From the IMG/VR virus record IMGVR_UViG_3300008448_000045, positions 12,824-76,823 of that record: 64,000 bases of DNA. One strand, 5' to 3'. A program made the translations under genes and the position numbers. Below, piece after piece: positions 13,101-22,753 of this stretch; the first letter of the stretch is position 1; each line of letters begins with the position of its first letter. This stretch comes from a virus. The notes below the pieces were generated by a model. It did not search any database and was not told the DNA's origin. It worked only from the letters and a program-made list of their open reading frames with translations.

Positions 13101-16100
13101 AAACTAATCTACAAGTAACAAATGCTGTTTATAAGACTGATACTAAAGAATTAATAATTACTACAAAAACTAACGTTAATTTAGTTCCGGGTACTTACAT
13201 TGGAATTAATCAAACTAAAAAAATTAATGGATTTTATAAAATAAATTCTGTTAATAAAGATTCTTTTACAGTCTCAGCAATAATTACACCGGCCCCTGCA
13301 AAGTTTGAAGATCAAAAAAGTATCCTTATTTTTAAGTTTGACCCTCAGCGAATATCGTCAATTGACCTAGCAGATGAAGTAACACCGGCGTATCCTAACG
13401 CTGGGGAAATAATTTGGACGGACGACGCCGGAAATGGTAAGTGGGCTTCTTGGAAGTATACACCTGTATATGACGAGAATAGAATTGCTAACATTTCTCC
13501 TGCATATAATTTGCAAGTTGGAAAACAGGTTGCTATAAATTCGGCCTCAACTATTGCAGCATCTTCTAGCTTAACTGGAACGGTGACAGTTTATGACAGG
13601 CCTAATTTACTTTCTCCTTGGATTTTAAGAGACGACATTGATCCACCTTTTATTTCTAATCAACAGTTAGGCGTGGAAACATCTAGATACGAAGGTAGCG
13701 TCCTTTCTATAACAAGTGATGCAAGATGGTTAGCAACCGGAACGCCAACAGCAAGTAGAGTTACAACAAAATATTTAGGTAACTGGAACCAATCAACATC
13801 TTATCAAGTAGATGATATTGTTTCCTTTAACAACACGTTTTGGAAAGCAATCCAAACATCGTCAGCGACCCAACCGTCTGCAACTGGGACTAAATGGGAC
13901 GAGATTTATTATATTCCTGTAAATCGTTCTGGAAATAATTCGTCTTTAGTGGGACAGGGTATCATTTCCTTGTACCAAAAAGACAGTAACAACATTTTTA
14001 CCTTAGTCGATAGTATTGTTAGTCCAGAGCCTAGTGCTAATGAAAACTTTGGTTCTACTATTACTTTTGGAAATAATTGTTTGTTTGTTGGAGCTACTGG
14101 CTCAGATAACAGCAGCGGAAAGGTATATCAGTTTAACTACGAAACTATTGTAATGGCGTCGAGTCCTTATAATCCTAGCGGTAGCAACGGTACTAGATTA
14201 AAAGTATCATCTACTGTCGGTATATCAGCAGATATGCTAGTTTCTGGTATAGGTTTCAATAAAGGGCAATATGTAGTATTAATTCTTGATTCTACAACAC
14301 TTCAACTAAGCGACCCGCCAGATCAAACGCCTGACGGTATTTTAAATTTTACTGTTACTAAGTGGAAGTATGTAGGTAAAAAAACCGCAGGATCGCAAGC
14401 AAAAATTCAATTTGGCAAATCAATTGCAATTAGCAAAGATTCGTCTACTCTGTTGATTTCAGCACCAGGCACAACCACCTTCTTGACAAACAACACAGTA
14501 GATGTTAACGGAATTGTTTTTGTTTATAAAAATATTGGAAATAATATATATGAACAATCTCAAGATCCAATTGTTGGTGCAGATGTAAAATTTGGTGAAG
14601 GATTGGCTGTTTCAGACACTGGAGAATATATAGCAATATCTTCGGTGTTGTTTGATGGTTTAAAATTAGATCAAGGAAAAGTTTTAGTTTATAAAACAAC
14701 AACATCTACAACTGCGGTACATGCATCAGATCTTATTCCTGGCAGAGTATATAAAATTAATTCTGCTGGATCAACAAACTTTATAAATGCCGGAGCATTT
14801 GAAAATAAAGTAGGCGAAACATTTACTGCTACAAATAATTTAGTAGTAGCTCAAGGAAATCTTGAAGTAGGAAAATCTTACAAAATTTCTTCAATTGGAA
14901 CAACAGATTTTACTCTTATCGGAGCAGCATCAAATACACTAGGATTAGAGTTCATTGCAACATCTACTGGTACAGTAGGGTCAAGATTTTTAGTAAACGG
15001 AAAAACTTATAGAATAAAAACATTAGGAGATACTAATTGGGCTAGTGTTGGCGCAGTTTCTGCTACCTTCGAAGCAAGCATTATAAATGCAACCATGACA
15101 GTGTTTTCAGTAGCATCGGGAACACTACAGCCAGAGCAAGGTATTTCTGGAGTCGGAATCGTTGCGGGTACTTATATTATAAATCAACTCACTGGCACAC
15201 CAGGCCAAGCAGGCACATATACAGTTAGTATCAACCAGCCATCTTTAGTATCAAATACTACTGTAAAATCTTTTGCTGTTGGAATGACATTCCAAGCAAC
15301 TGGCGCTAGCTCAGCCCTTGCAACCGGAACAGCCGTTCAAGGAACCGGCGTTGTTACTACAACAGGTATAGTAAATCAAATTTTATATACCCAGTATCAA
15401 GAAATTTTAAGTAAGACACCTGGGGTAGCAGAATTTTTTGGATCTAAAATATCATTCTTAAATGATTCAGAAAGCCTTGTAATTTTTAGTCCCAATGCTA
15501 CAGTTAAAAACATTGTTACTTTTGATAATAATGGAACTACATTCGACGATGAGACAACGGACTTTTTATATAATAAACCAAATACTGGTCGAGTAGATGT
15601 TTATGATAAGTATTCAGAAAAATGGATCTTTGCTGAAAGCCTTACGAATAAAACTCAAGGTTCAGGCTACGGACATGCAATAGCTGTTGGCTACAATACA
15701 GTATTAGTTGGAGCACCTTACGAGTATGATAGATTTAGTTTCTCAGGAAAAGTTTTTACATATCAAAAATTAAGAAATTCTTATAGCTGGAAAATTTTAA
15801 ATTCTGAAGGTAATAAGGTAGATTTAACTAAGATTAAACAGGCGTTTTTGTACAATAGCCGATCTAATAAAGTTATTACACAGTTAGATGTTGTCGATGT
15901 AGTACAAGGTAAGTTACCAAAGATTGCCAACGAAGAAATCAAATATAAAACTTTTTATGATCCAGCAATTTACTCGTCTGGATTAGATAATGTTAATGTA
16001 GACGAAGGCGCCGCCTGGACTAAAGAATATGTTGGGCAACTATGGTGGGATTTAAGAACAGCTAAGTTTATTGACAGTTACGATAAAACTGATGTTGTAT

Positions 16101-19100
16101 ACAGAAATAGTACTTGGAATACGCTGTTTCCTGGTGCAAGCGTGGATGTATATGAATGGGTAGAAACTACACTAACACCAGATCAGTGGAATGCTCAAGC
16201 AGACACTGATGCCGGGCTGTCAAACGGAATTAGCGGAACTTCTTTGTATAATAACACTACCTATAGCATAGTTAAACGATACGATCGCATTTCAAAGTCT
16301 TTTAAAAATACCTATTACTATTGGGTAAAAAATAAAAAGACTATTCCAGCAAATAAATCTAGAATAATATCAGCTATTGATGTGGCAAATTTAATTGCCA
16401 ACCCTAGAGGTGCCGGCTATAAATTCTTAGCATTAACAAGTGAAAATAGTTTTAGTCTTGTTAATGTACAACCGTTATTAGATAATAAAGATGTTATTTT
16501 AGGAATAGAATATTGGAATACAGAAAATATTGATCAGAACATTCATAGTCAATGGAAAATTATCAGTAATACTGACCGAGATGTAATTCCTAAAAACATA
16601 GAACAAAAATGGTTTGATAGTCTTTCTGGCAAAGACTTATACGGAAGGCCCGTGCCCGATCCGCTATTACCTCCAAAGTTAATGTTTGGAATTGAAAATA
16701 GACCCCGCCAGGGAATGTTTATTAATCGATTTGAAGCGTTAAAACAATTCATCGAAACTGTAAATTTAACTTTAGCAGGTTATCAATTAGTAGGACAAAA
16801 AAATCTTACTTCTTTTGATCAGTACGAACTAGAACCATCAAAAGAAACTACCGGACTATATGATGATGTTAAAGACACAGATGCAGAGTTAAGATTTGCC
16901 AGTGTTGGCTTGTTTAAGAAACCAGTGTTAATTCCAGTTATAGAAGATGGTAAAATAACAGATGTTATCATCGAAGAAAAAGGCAATGGCTATTTAAATC
17001 CACCGTATCTTCAAATTTTTGGAACAGGACAAGATGCAAGTATTAGAACAATTATTAATAGTATAGGTCAAGTAGTCGACATTGATATTATTAATCCAGG
17101 AGAAGGCTACACTTCTAATACTATATTAAGTATTAGAAATTATTCTGTTTTAGTCCATGCCGATAGTCAAGCTCAAGGTGTATGGAGTATATATTCTTAT
17201 GATTCTGATACTCTTTTATGGACTAGAGAAAGATCTCAGAGTTATGATGTAAGACGCTTCTGGAATTTTATAGATTGGTATGCATTAGGATATAATCAAT
17301 TTACTTCTGTAGATTACATTGTGAATAGTTTTTCTGATTTAATTAGCCTAGATACAGCAGTTGGACAAACTGTAAAACTTACATCGTCGTCAAGCGATAG
17401 TACATGGTTATTATTAGAAAAATATACTAATTCGGAATCAGTTGATTGGACACAAAGTTATAAAGTTATTGGAAGAGAAAAGGGCACAATACAGTTAAGT
17501 CCGGCTTTGTATAATTTTGAAAATACAGTATTTGGATACGATGGCTCTTTATATGATGGTACAGTTTTTGATAGCGCAGCATCAAAAGAATTACAAATTA
17601 TGTTAGAGTCAATAAAAAATAATATTTTTATTGATGATTTAAGATCTAAATATTTAGAATTATTCTTTAATAGTATTCGATATGCATTTAGCGAACAAAT
17701 TTATGTTGACTGGGCTTTTAAAACTAGTTTTGTACGAGCTCAACATAATGTTGGAGAATTAAGACAGCCAGTAACTTACAAAAATGACAATCTAGAAAAT
17801 TTTGAAGATTACATAGACGAAGTTAAGCCTTACAGAACAATTATAAGAGAATACATTAGCTCTTATGATTCAACTGATGTTGTATCTTCTTCTGTAACAG
17901 ATTTTGACTTAATACCTGCTAGCGAAGACAAACAATCACGATCAATAATAACAGAAGTTGTTAATGGTAAAATACTTGCCAAAGATAATTTAATTAATAG
18001 TTATCCTTGGAAATTTTGGCTTGATAATATAGGTTTTGTTGTAACTGAAATTAAAGTTACAAGTGGCGGATCTGAGTATAAAACTGAGCCGACAGTTAGA
18101 ATAATCAGCAACTCTGGAACGGGAGCATCAGCAAAGGCTTTTGTTGCTAACGGCCAAGTAACTAGAGTTGTTGTTGTTGAGAACGGTGCTGGATACCTAA
18201 GTGCTCCTCAAATTGTTATAGAAGGCGGCACCCGAGGCACAGTTGCTAAGGCAATCGCAGTTATAGGTGATTCTGTAGTAAGGTCTAACAAAATTCAAAT
18301 TAAATTTGATAGAATAACTTATAATTATTTTCTCAATCAGTTAGAATCAGTTGACACACATACTGGAACAAATACTAAATTTCAGTTTCCGTTAACATGG
18401 GCACCCGATGTTAGAATTAATAAATCAACAGTTTCCATTAAGTTAGCAAACACAACAGAATTTAACGAAGTTCTTAGAGATACTTATAAATTATCTATCG
18501 TTACGTCTTTAGTAAACGGGTCTACACAATATAGCGGATCAATTACATTTAATTCAGCGCCACCTAAGAATTCAACAATTAAAATTGAATATTTAAAGGA
18601 TTGGTCTTTATTAAATGCAGCTGACAGGATACAGTATTATTACAATCCGTTAGACGGAATGCCGGGAAAAGATTTAGAACAGTTAATGGACGGTATTGAT
18701 TACGGCGGAGTCCAAATTTTAGGATTAGGATTCGAAATTGGCCAAGGATGGGATAGTTTACCTTTCTTTAGCGATAGATGGGATTCCTTTGATTCAGAGT
18801 ATGACGATTATGTAACTACAATATCTGATATAAATGAAAATACATTTATCTTAAATTATGTTCCAAATGCAGGTACTAAATTAAATGTTTACCATGCTAA
18901 GTTAGTAGTTGATAATGTAGTATCCGATGGAGCAAATTTAAGATATCCGTATGATGCATTAGGTAGAAATCAAGTAGTAACAATTTTAACACCTACAACA
19001 AATCAAGCAATTGGCATACTTGTAAATTATGTTCCGACTGGCAGTAGCGGAACTACGTTAAAAGTTTCAAGCACAGTTGGAATCGAACCAAACATGACAG

Positions 19101-22087
19101 TAATTGGAGATGGATTCTTCTCAAGTCAGTTTGTGGTAGAGATTATTGATAATACAACCCTAAAACTTAGTAACGGTCCTAATATACAAATTGGCACTAA
19201 CAGTCGCTTATATTTTACAAAAAATATTGCCGGCAGGAATATTATTCATGTACAGAGTACACACGGTGTTGAAGTAGGTGATACGGTAATAATTAATCCT
19301 TTAGTAAGTAACACAATTGCATTTGATACAGTAGTAACAAATGTCTTAGATAGTCGTAGAGTTGAAATTGATCAGATTTTATTTAGAGATATCGCTCCTC
19401 CTTCTACCGATACTACTGATCCAATTCCGCCACTAATTTACGTAAATTTTTCTAGAACTTTAACGCCCGGAGTTGATTATGTTCAAGGAATAACTTCTGA
19501 AATAAAATTAACAGAAGCAGCAGAAGTAGGAAGCGTAGTATCAATATCTTCATTATTAGCCCCAATTAGGATTGATGCTGAAGATTATGACGCTATTGAA
19601 GGTTCGCCCACAAATGAAAATGCTGTTATGGAAACAGTTATTTCAACTGGCGAACCAGACGCTCCTAACTCAACAAAATATTCTGTTGAAATTCCTTCTG
19701 ATTATGTGTTGTCTCAAGGCGACAAAATTATTATCCGTAAAGATACTAGTGATGGATCTATAAACCCACAAGAGGGCGATTACGATACATCCTTAGTTGG
19801 AGGTCAGTTTGCAGAATCAAGTTTAATTTCTGCACTTGGAATAGCAGCCGATGAAATTATAGTAGACGGTGATGGATTTGTGACTACTACTAACAGTCAT
19901 GCTCCTGAAGAAATAGTGCCTGGGCAGATAGTTGATGCAGTTGCAATTAAAGTATACGAAAGACCAAGTAGTGGATCTGCAACAATTAAGGTTGACAATT
20001 ATCTAGCAAATGGTGATCAGAAAGAATTTGCTTTATCTCAAACACCAAACAGTCAAGAAGCTGTTATTGTAAAATTAACTAAAAAGATAGAAGTTGATGG
20101 CGAGATAACAACAATATCTAGTATTATGAACAGGATTGAGGATTATGATGTATTGTTTAACAACCGATCAGTTAAATTCAATGTTCCTCCTGAAGCCGGA
20201 AATACAGTTTCTTTATTCTCAATTGGGTTTAGTGGAACTGATATTTTAGATATCGATTATTTTGTTGGAGATAGTAATAACATTGACTTTGTAACAAAAG
20301 CTTCATGGGTAGATCAGTTTGTAGCACTGGTATATATCAATGGTATTAAAGCTGATCCAAGATTCTTTAAAACTGACGATTCTTACGAAGAACCAAACAG
20401 AATTGGTATAAGATTTGGTGTTGCGCCTGCTCAGTCAGATATTATCAATTATATTTTAGTTGCTAACTCTGAACAAACTTTTGCTTTAACAAAAACAGAA
20501 AGACTCCAAACAGATGGATCATTGGTATACGATCTAAGTTATCAAGTTGGTGATTCTCTTCCTTACGAGTCTAATATGATAGTTAGAGTAAATCAACAGA
20601 TACTGCAAGGTCCTTCAAACTCTTATTTTACCATAGGAAGTAATAGATTAAACTATTCAATCGACCCAGCAAAGTTTCCTCCTAATTCTGTATCAATACA
20701 AAATATCGTAGTATTAGCAGATGGAAAACCTTTAATTTCAAATGTAGATTATACGATAGATTTATCAGGAATAACTGTTAAAATTAATAGGACAACCTAT
20801 GCTAAGTATGTAAAGAAAGACTTGACAGTTAGCATTAAACCAGACACTGGATATGTTTATATACCAGCAACTCCTACGGAATCTCCTAAAATATCATTTA
20901 GTGAATCATATGATGAAAGTGACATTGTTGAAGTTATTTCGTCGTATAAACATGATGTGTTAGACATTAAAAGAACATCTATTCCTGTATCACCTAACTT
21001 GAGTCTTGAACCAGACACAGTTGAATTTTACTCTTATGTTGGTATTGCAGGCGGAATAGTACCTTTAGAAAGAGCCGTAAATAGTTCAGAATATATTTGG
21101 GTAATTAATAATGGAGAATTATTAGTTCCTGGTTCAGACTATATTTTGAATAGCGATAAAAAATCATTAAGATTATCATCGCCTCCATCTTCAACTGACA
21201 AGGTTGACATTATCACTTACAGTTCTAACATTATTAGTACCGGTGTGTCTTATATGCAATTTAAGGATATGTTAAATCGTGTTCATTATAAACGACTAAG
21301 TGCTAGAAAACAAACTCGTCTTGCAGCAGATTTAAAATATACAGATACTACTATCACAGTTGAAGATGCGTCTAACCTTTCAATACCTAATCCAGCAGGC
21401 AATAAACCTGGAATTATTGAAATTAGAGGAGAACGAATTGAATACTTTACAATTAACGGGACTGTACTCGGACAACTACGAAGAGGTACACTAGGAACAA
21501 GTACTCCAAAGATACACAAACAAGATGCATTTGTTCAAGATATAAGTTCAAGTGAAACTATACCGTATAGTGATACTCTAATATCAGATAGTGTTGTAAG
21601 TTCAGGAACTAGCTCTGTTACTGTAGATTTTAGTCCCGCAGAATTTAACTCAACTTGGAATTACCAAGGAAAACCGTTAACAACAGAAGTTATAAATTCT
21701 ATTAAGAATAATGTTGCAGAAGTGTTTGTAAGCGGTATGCGATTAAAGAAAAAAAATTATCTAATGTACGATAAAGATCTAGGCCCTTACAGCCCTGCTG
21801 CAGATAGATCATATCCTGCAGAATTTACAATTAATAATCTAAACTCTCAAATTTTGTTAACTGAAAGTCCAACCTATGGGGATACAGTAACAGTTGCAAA
21901 GAAAATAGGTGTTGATTGGGACGGAGTTACAAAAGTCACAAATACAGAGTCTAATATTTCTAGCTTCTTAAAAGCAGAACAAGGTATTTGGTATAATAGC
22001 ATCGGTAAATATCCAGAAGGTCAATCTACGTTTGACAACAACACTGGAACATTTGACAACGATTCGATAACATTTGATCAAGGATAA
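7097..22087 (+). CDS. Giant (4996 aa) baseplate wedge / virion structural protein (gp7 position) with FG-GAP-like propeller and carbohydrate-binding-like repeats
   Basis: Follows gp6 with overlapping stop/start. N-terminus FLPKFYQT..KKFLQATVDQL; internal FG-GAP-like and W-x5-Y-x2-G-x2-V-x-Y repeats. Confidence 0.7.
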   Translation: MADKTNPNANFGNITSADFLPKFYQTTANKKFLQATVDQLIQPGTVKKINGYIGQENAKATSGDDIFIKAANSVRQQYQLEPGFIVTDELGNNNFFKDYQDYINQLGVFGGNTKDHSRLNQQEFYSWDPHIDWDKFVNFQNYYWLPYGPDAIEISGQQEKIESVYKVRLESQLSNNAYIFTPDGFERNPSLKLYKGQTYIFEIDSPSNPFVIKTHRSSGTLDKYLSDLLVYKTADEKITEAVESGTITFTVPFDCPDILFYVSTTDVNVGGVIYVTSIEENTSINVEEEVLGKKNYHLPAGFNLSNGMKVRFVGNVTPEKYKDTNWYVEGVGNEISLINEKDLDIVGKYTDIESVLFDSTPFDSLPFSDATTFAGQKDYIVINRASSDRNPWSRYNRWFHKDVVETSAKINGQNTANLDQDARAVRPIIEFEAGLKLFNFGLNSISNIDLIDTFTKDVFSNIEGQLGYNIDGVQIIEGHRILFVADEDILVNNKIYRVEFLTYEGERRIHLQEEVSPNINDVLVIDAGEINQGLAYWFNGTSWDLAQQKNTVNQPPLFDVFDNNLISFGDVTEYPGSTFIGTKIFSYKIGLGSNDLKLGFPLTYKNISNIGDIVFEFNLSWDTFQYKTDSNLVTQKIDVGYLYKKSNYSHNYINGWQTCKTTTTQAAIRIYKNSNITNNFKLDIFDNVDQLEDLIIKVYVNGVRLDGAKWSLITNNSFKEILLNEDIKTSDVLTIKAYTAQPVNNNGYYEVPINLQNNPLNEPVQLFTLGEVIDHVSSIENNVPFTGPLRDLGNITQYGTRFVQHSGPLSLAIYHLTNEKNNIVKAIELARDDYGKFKRQFILIADKFGEDIDIPSQVDKILQIMNKDKPKNSPYYFSDMVPFISCVSNEYEVIDSRIKTYPLINNFNLDTLSSRAVLVYINGTQKLARKDYTFNDQGFIVITSSINVGDKIKICEYENTSGCFMPPTPTKLGLWPAYEPKIYLDTSLVTPRVMIQGHDGSQILAYGDYRDVLLLELETRIFNNIKVTYDTSIFDIWDIVPGYNRKNNYSLEEYNNVLAPSFYKWSSLVNKDFTKPLSFDKTNSLTFNYKDNFSLNGTDVPGYWRGIYRWMLDTDRPNIAPWEMLGFSIQPTWWEDVYGPAPYTSDNLILWNDLADGIIRKPNSPAVSNKKFQRPFLKTNIPVNDQGNIISPATSGLVNGVIMPSIVDNFVFGDVSPVEAAWRRSSYYSFSVILAAILLQPAKTLGSCFDLSRTKRNLAGQLIYSDTGLRIAPSDLKIPNVYTSTERTQTAGLINYIIDYIVSDNLSLYNAYIYDLKNLQARLTHRIGGFTSKEKFNLLLDSKTPTSKGSVFIPQEDYSIILNSSSPIKKLSYSGVIITKLPIGFGTGFGFEVKGYSKTTPYFIYYPYTQPGSIVNVGGISEAFTTWSTNSRYAAGKIVSYNNNFFRSKVLHTTTDEFIPTFYEVLGSLPVVGGQTAYIRDTWDKTSPQTIPYGTTFYTIQEVVDFLLGYGEWLKDQGFVFDDFNTAMEAIANWETSAKEFLFWTTQNWSIGKDKWKEWKPNTFISVGSVVRYNSEYYRAIVDAQESTIFVEQNYVKLDYLTDLGSSVISLSPSANKISFKAELSIAEDIRNPFNPYEIVKVDGTPILPEFINSYRKENNMSYSSTNGDGIYGASFYLIQKEQVVVLNNSTMFNDTIYSTSSGYRQQRIKAAGYVSTNWQGSFDVPGFIFDQAYILPWEPWKDYVLGDIVRYKEFYYTAITSLPGAEIFDLESWTKLDKTPSPELLPNWNYKATQFTDFYNLDSDNFDISQQKVAQHLIGYQKRQYLENIIQDDVSEFKFYQGMIGEKGTNNALNKLFDVLSASNKESVDFFEEWALRVGQYGASQSFDSLEFILDERLFKNNPQGFELVNETNSNTFDFIIRQTPADVYLKPLGYNSKPWRLLTNNSSYLRSPGYVRPDSVKLLLRSIDDIVNEDVTSFVEGEHVWCGFEGASWNVYRYTETNLQVTNAVYKTDTKELIITTKTNVNLVPGTYIGINQTKKINGFYKINSVNKDSFTVSAIITPAPAKFEDQKSILIFKFDPQRISSIDLADEVTPAYPNAGEIIWTDDAGNGKWASWKYTPVYDENRIANISPAYNLQVGKQVAINSASTIAASSSLTGTVTVYDRPNLLSPWILRDDIDPPFISNQQLGVETSRYEGSVLSITSDARWLATGTPTASRVTTKYLGNWNQSTSYQVDDIVSFNNTFWKAIQTSSATQPSATGTKWDEIYYIPVNRSGNNSSLVGQGIISLYQKDSNNIFTLVDSIVSPEPSANENFGSTITFGNNCLFVGATGSDNSSGKVYQFNYETIVMASSPYNPSGSNGTRLKVSSTVGISADMLVSGIGFNKGQYVVLILDSTTLQLSDPPDQTPDGILNFTVTKWKYVGKKTAGSQAKIQFGKSIAISKDSSTLLISAPGTTTFLTNNTVDVNGIVFVYKNIGNNIYEQSQDPIVGADVKFGEGLAVSDTGEYIAISSVLFDGLKLDQGKVLVYKTTTSTTAVHASDLIPGRVYKINSAGSTNFINAGAFENKVGETFTATNNLVVAQGNLEVGKSYKISSIGTTDFTLIGAASNTLGLEFIATSTGTVGSRFLVNGKTYRIKTLGDTNWASVGAVSATFEASIINATMTVFSVASGTLQPEQGISGVGIVAGTYIINQLTGTPGQAGTYTVSINQPSLVSNTTVKSFAVGMTFQATGASSALATGTAVQGTGVVTTTGIVNQILYTQYQEILSKTPGVAEFFGSKISFLNDSESLVIFSPNATVKNIVTFDNNGTTFDDETTDFLYNKPNTGRVDVYDKYSEKWIFAESLTNKTQGSGYGHAIAVGYNTVLVGAPYEYDRFSFSGKVFTYQKLRNSYSWKILNSEGNKVDLTKIKQAFLYNSRSNKVITQLDVVDVVQGKLPKIANEEIKYKTFYDPAIYSSGLDNVNVDEGAAWTKEYVGQLWWDLRTAKFIDSYDKTDVVYRNSTWNTLFPGASVDVYEWVETTLTPDQWNAQADTDAGLSNGISGTSLYNNTTYSIVKRYDRISKSFKNTYYYWVKNKKTIPANKSRIISAIDVANLIANPRGAGYKFLALTSENSFSLVNVQPLLDNKDVILGIEYWNTENIDQNIHSQWKIISNTDRDVIPKNIEQKWFDSLSGKDLYGRPVPDPLLPPKLMFGIENRPRQGMFINRFEALKQFIETVNLTLAGYQLVGQKNLTSFDQYELEPSKETTGLYDDVKDTDAELRFASVGLFKKPVLIPVIEDGKITDVIIEEKGNGYLNPPYLQIFGTGQDASIRTIINSIGQVVDIDIINPGEGYTSNTILSIRNYSVLVHADSQAQGVWSIYSYDSDTLLWTRERSQSYDVRRFWNFIDWYALGYNQFTSVDYIVNSFSDLISLDTAVGQTVKLTSSSSDSTWLLLEKYTNSESVDWTQSYKVIGREKGTIQLSPALYNFENTVFGYDGSLYDGTVFDSAASKELQIMLESIKNNIFIDDLRSKYLELFFNSIRYAFSEQIYVDWAFKTSFVRAQHNVGELRQPVTYKNDNLENFEDYIDEVKPYRTIIREYISSYDSTDVVSSSVTDFDLIPASEDKQSRSIITEVVNGKILAKDNLINSYPWKFWLDNIGFVVTEIKVTSGGSEYKTEPTVRIISNSGTGASAKAFVANGQVTRVVVVENGAGYLSAPQIVIEGGTRGTVAKAIAVIGDSVVRSNKIQIKFDRITYNYFLNQLESVDTHTGTNTKFQFPLTWAPDVRINKSTVSIKLANTTEFNEVLRDTYKLSIVTSLVNGSTQYSGSITFNSAPPKNSTIKIEYLKDWSLLNAADRIQYYYNPLDGMPGKDLEQLMDGIDYGGVQILGLGFEIGQGWDSLPFFSDRWDSFDSEYDDYVTTISDINENTFILNYVPNAGTKLNVYHAKLVVDNVVSDGANLRYPYDALGRNQVVTILTPTTNQAIGILVNYVPTGSSGTTLKVSSTVGIEPNMTVIGDGFFSSQFVVEIIDNTTLKLSNGPNIQIGTNSRLYFTKNIAGRNIIHVQSTHGVEVGDTVIINPLVSNTIAFDTVVTNVLDSRRVEIDQILFRDIAPPSTDTTDPIPPLIYVNFSRTLTPGVDYVQGITSEIKLTEAAEVGSVVSISSLLAPIRIDAEDYDAIEGSPTNENAVMETVISTGEPDAPNSTKYSVEIPSDYVLSQGDKIIIRKDTSDGSINPQEGDYDTSLVGGQFAESSLISALGIAADEIIVDGDGFVTTTNSHAPEEIVPGQIVDAVAIKVYERPSSGSATIKVDNYLANGDQKEFALSQTPNSQEAVIVKLTKKIEVDGEITTISSIMNRIEDYDVLFNNRSVKFNVPPEAGNTVSLFSIGFSGTDILDIDYFVGDSNNIDFVTKASWVDQFVALVYINGIKADPRFFKTDDSYEEPNRIGIRFGVAPAQSDIINYILVANSEQTFALTKTERLQTDGSLVYDLSYQVGDSLPYESNMIVRVNQQILQGPSNSYFTIGSNRLNYSIDPAKFPPNSVSIQNIVVLADGKPLISNVDYTIDLSGITVKINRTTYAKYVKKDLTVSIKPDTGYVYIPATPTESPKISFSESYDESDIVEVISSYKHDVLDIKRTSIPVSPNLSLEPDTVEFYSYVGIAGGIVPLERAVNSSEYIWVINNGELLVPGSDYILNSDKKSLRLSSPPSSTDKVDIITYSSNIISTGVSYMQFKDMLNRVHYKRLSARKQTRLAADLKYTDTTITVEDASNLSIPNPAGNKPGIIEIRGERIEYFTINGTVLGQLRRGTLGTSTPKIHKQDAFVQDISSSETIPYSDTLISDSVVSSGTSSVTVDFSPAEFNSTWNYQGKPLTTEVINSIKNNVAEVFVSGMRLKKKNYLMYDKDLGPYSPAADRSYPAEFTINNLNSQILLTESPTYGDTVTVAKKIGVDWDGVTKVTNTESNISSFLKAEQGIWYNSIGKYPEGQSTFDNNTGTFDNDSITFDQG

Positions 22088-22091
22088 AAAA

Positions 22092-22697
22092 ATGACAAAG
22101 CAAGTTATTCAAGTAGGCAGCACAGTCAACGATGGCACGGGCGATACGTTACGGCAAGCCGGGATAAAAATAAATTCTAATTTTAGTGAGTTATATACAG
22201 CACTTGACAATGTTGGGTACACACTACCTATAGCATCTAACAATGTTCTTGGCGGGGTAAAAGTAGGTACTGGTTTAAGTATAGTCGATGGGACATTAAA
22301 TGCACTAGCAAATAGCTATGTCTTACCAACATCGACTACTCAATCGCTTGGCGGCGTAAAAATTGACGGGTCTACAATAGTTATTAATGGCGCTGGCACT
22401 ATTAGCGCCATTCAGTACGCTTTGCCAACAGCAACAACTTCGATCAAAGGCGGCGTAAAAGTTGACGGAACATCAATTACAATTGATGGCAATGGCGTTA
22501 TAAGTGCTAACTTAATTGCTAGTAGCAATCAACCTTTTAAGTTGCCGTCGTTTACAACAGTACAGCGAGATGCGCTGTCTGCTCAAAATGGAGACGTAAT
22601 CTATAATACTTCTGCTGGTAAATTTCAAGGTTATCAAAACGGAACATGGGTTGATTTAGCGCCTACAATTTTAGATGGTGGCGCTGCCCCCCAATAA
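22092..22697 (+). CDS. gp9/gp10-like baseplate-fibre connector with LPxAx4LGGVK repeats
   Basis: KQVIQVGSTVNDGTGDTLRQAGIKINSNFSELY matches the T4 gp9/gp10 N-terminal motif; three YxLPxxxxxxxGGVK repeats. ATG at 22092 preferred over the TTG at 22074. Confidence 0.75.
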   Translation: MTKQVIQVGSTVNDGTGDTLRQAGIKINSNFSELYTALDNVGYTLPIASNNVLGGVKVGTGLSIVDGTLNALANSYVLPTSTTQSLGGVKIDGSTIVINGAGTISAIQYALPTATTSIKGGVKVDGTSITIDGNGVISANLIASSNQPFKLPSFTTVQRDALSAQNGDVIYNTSAGKFQGYQNGTWVDLAPTILDGGAAPQ

Positions 22698-22726
22698 TTT
22701 ATTAAATTAGCAGATTATAAGACTTG

Positions 22727-22733
22727 ATAAATA
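22727..22733 (+). promoter_or_regulatory. Putative late promoter core ATAAATA
   Basis: Intergenic, 20 nt before the ATG at 22754. Confidence 0.55.
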
Positions 22734-22753
22734 TAAGATAAAGAGAGATTATT

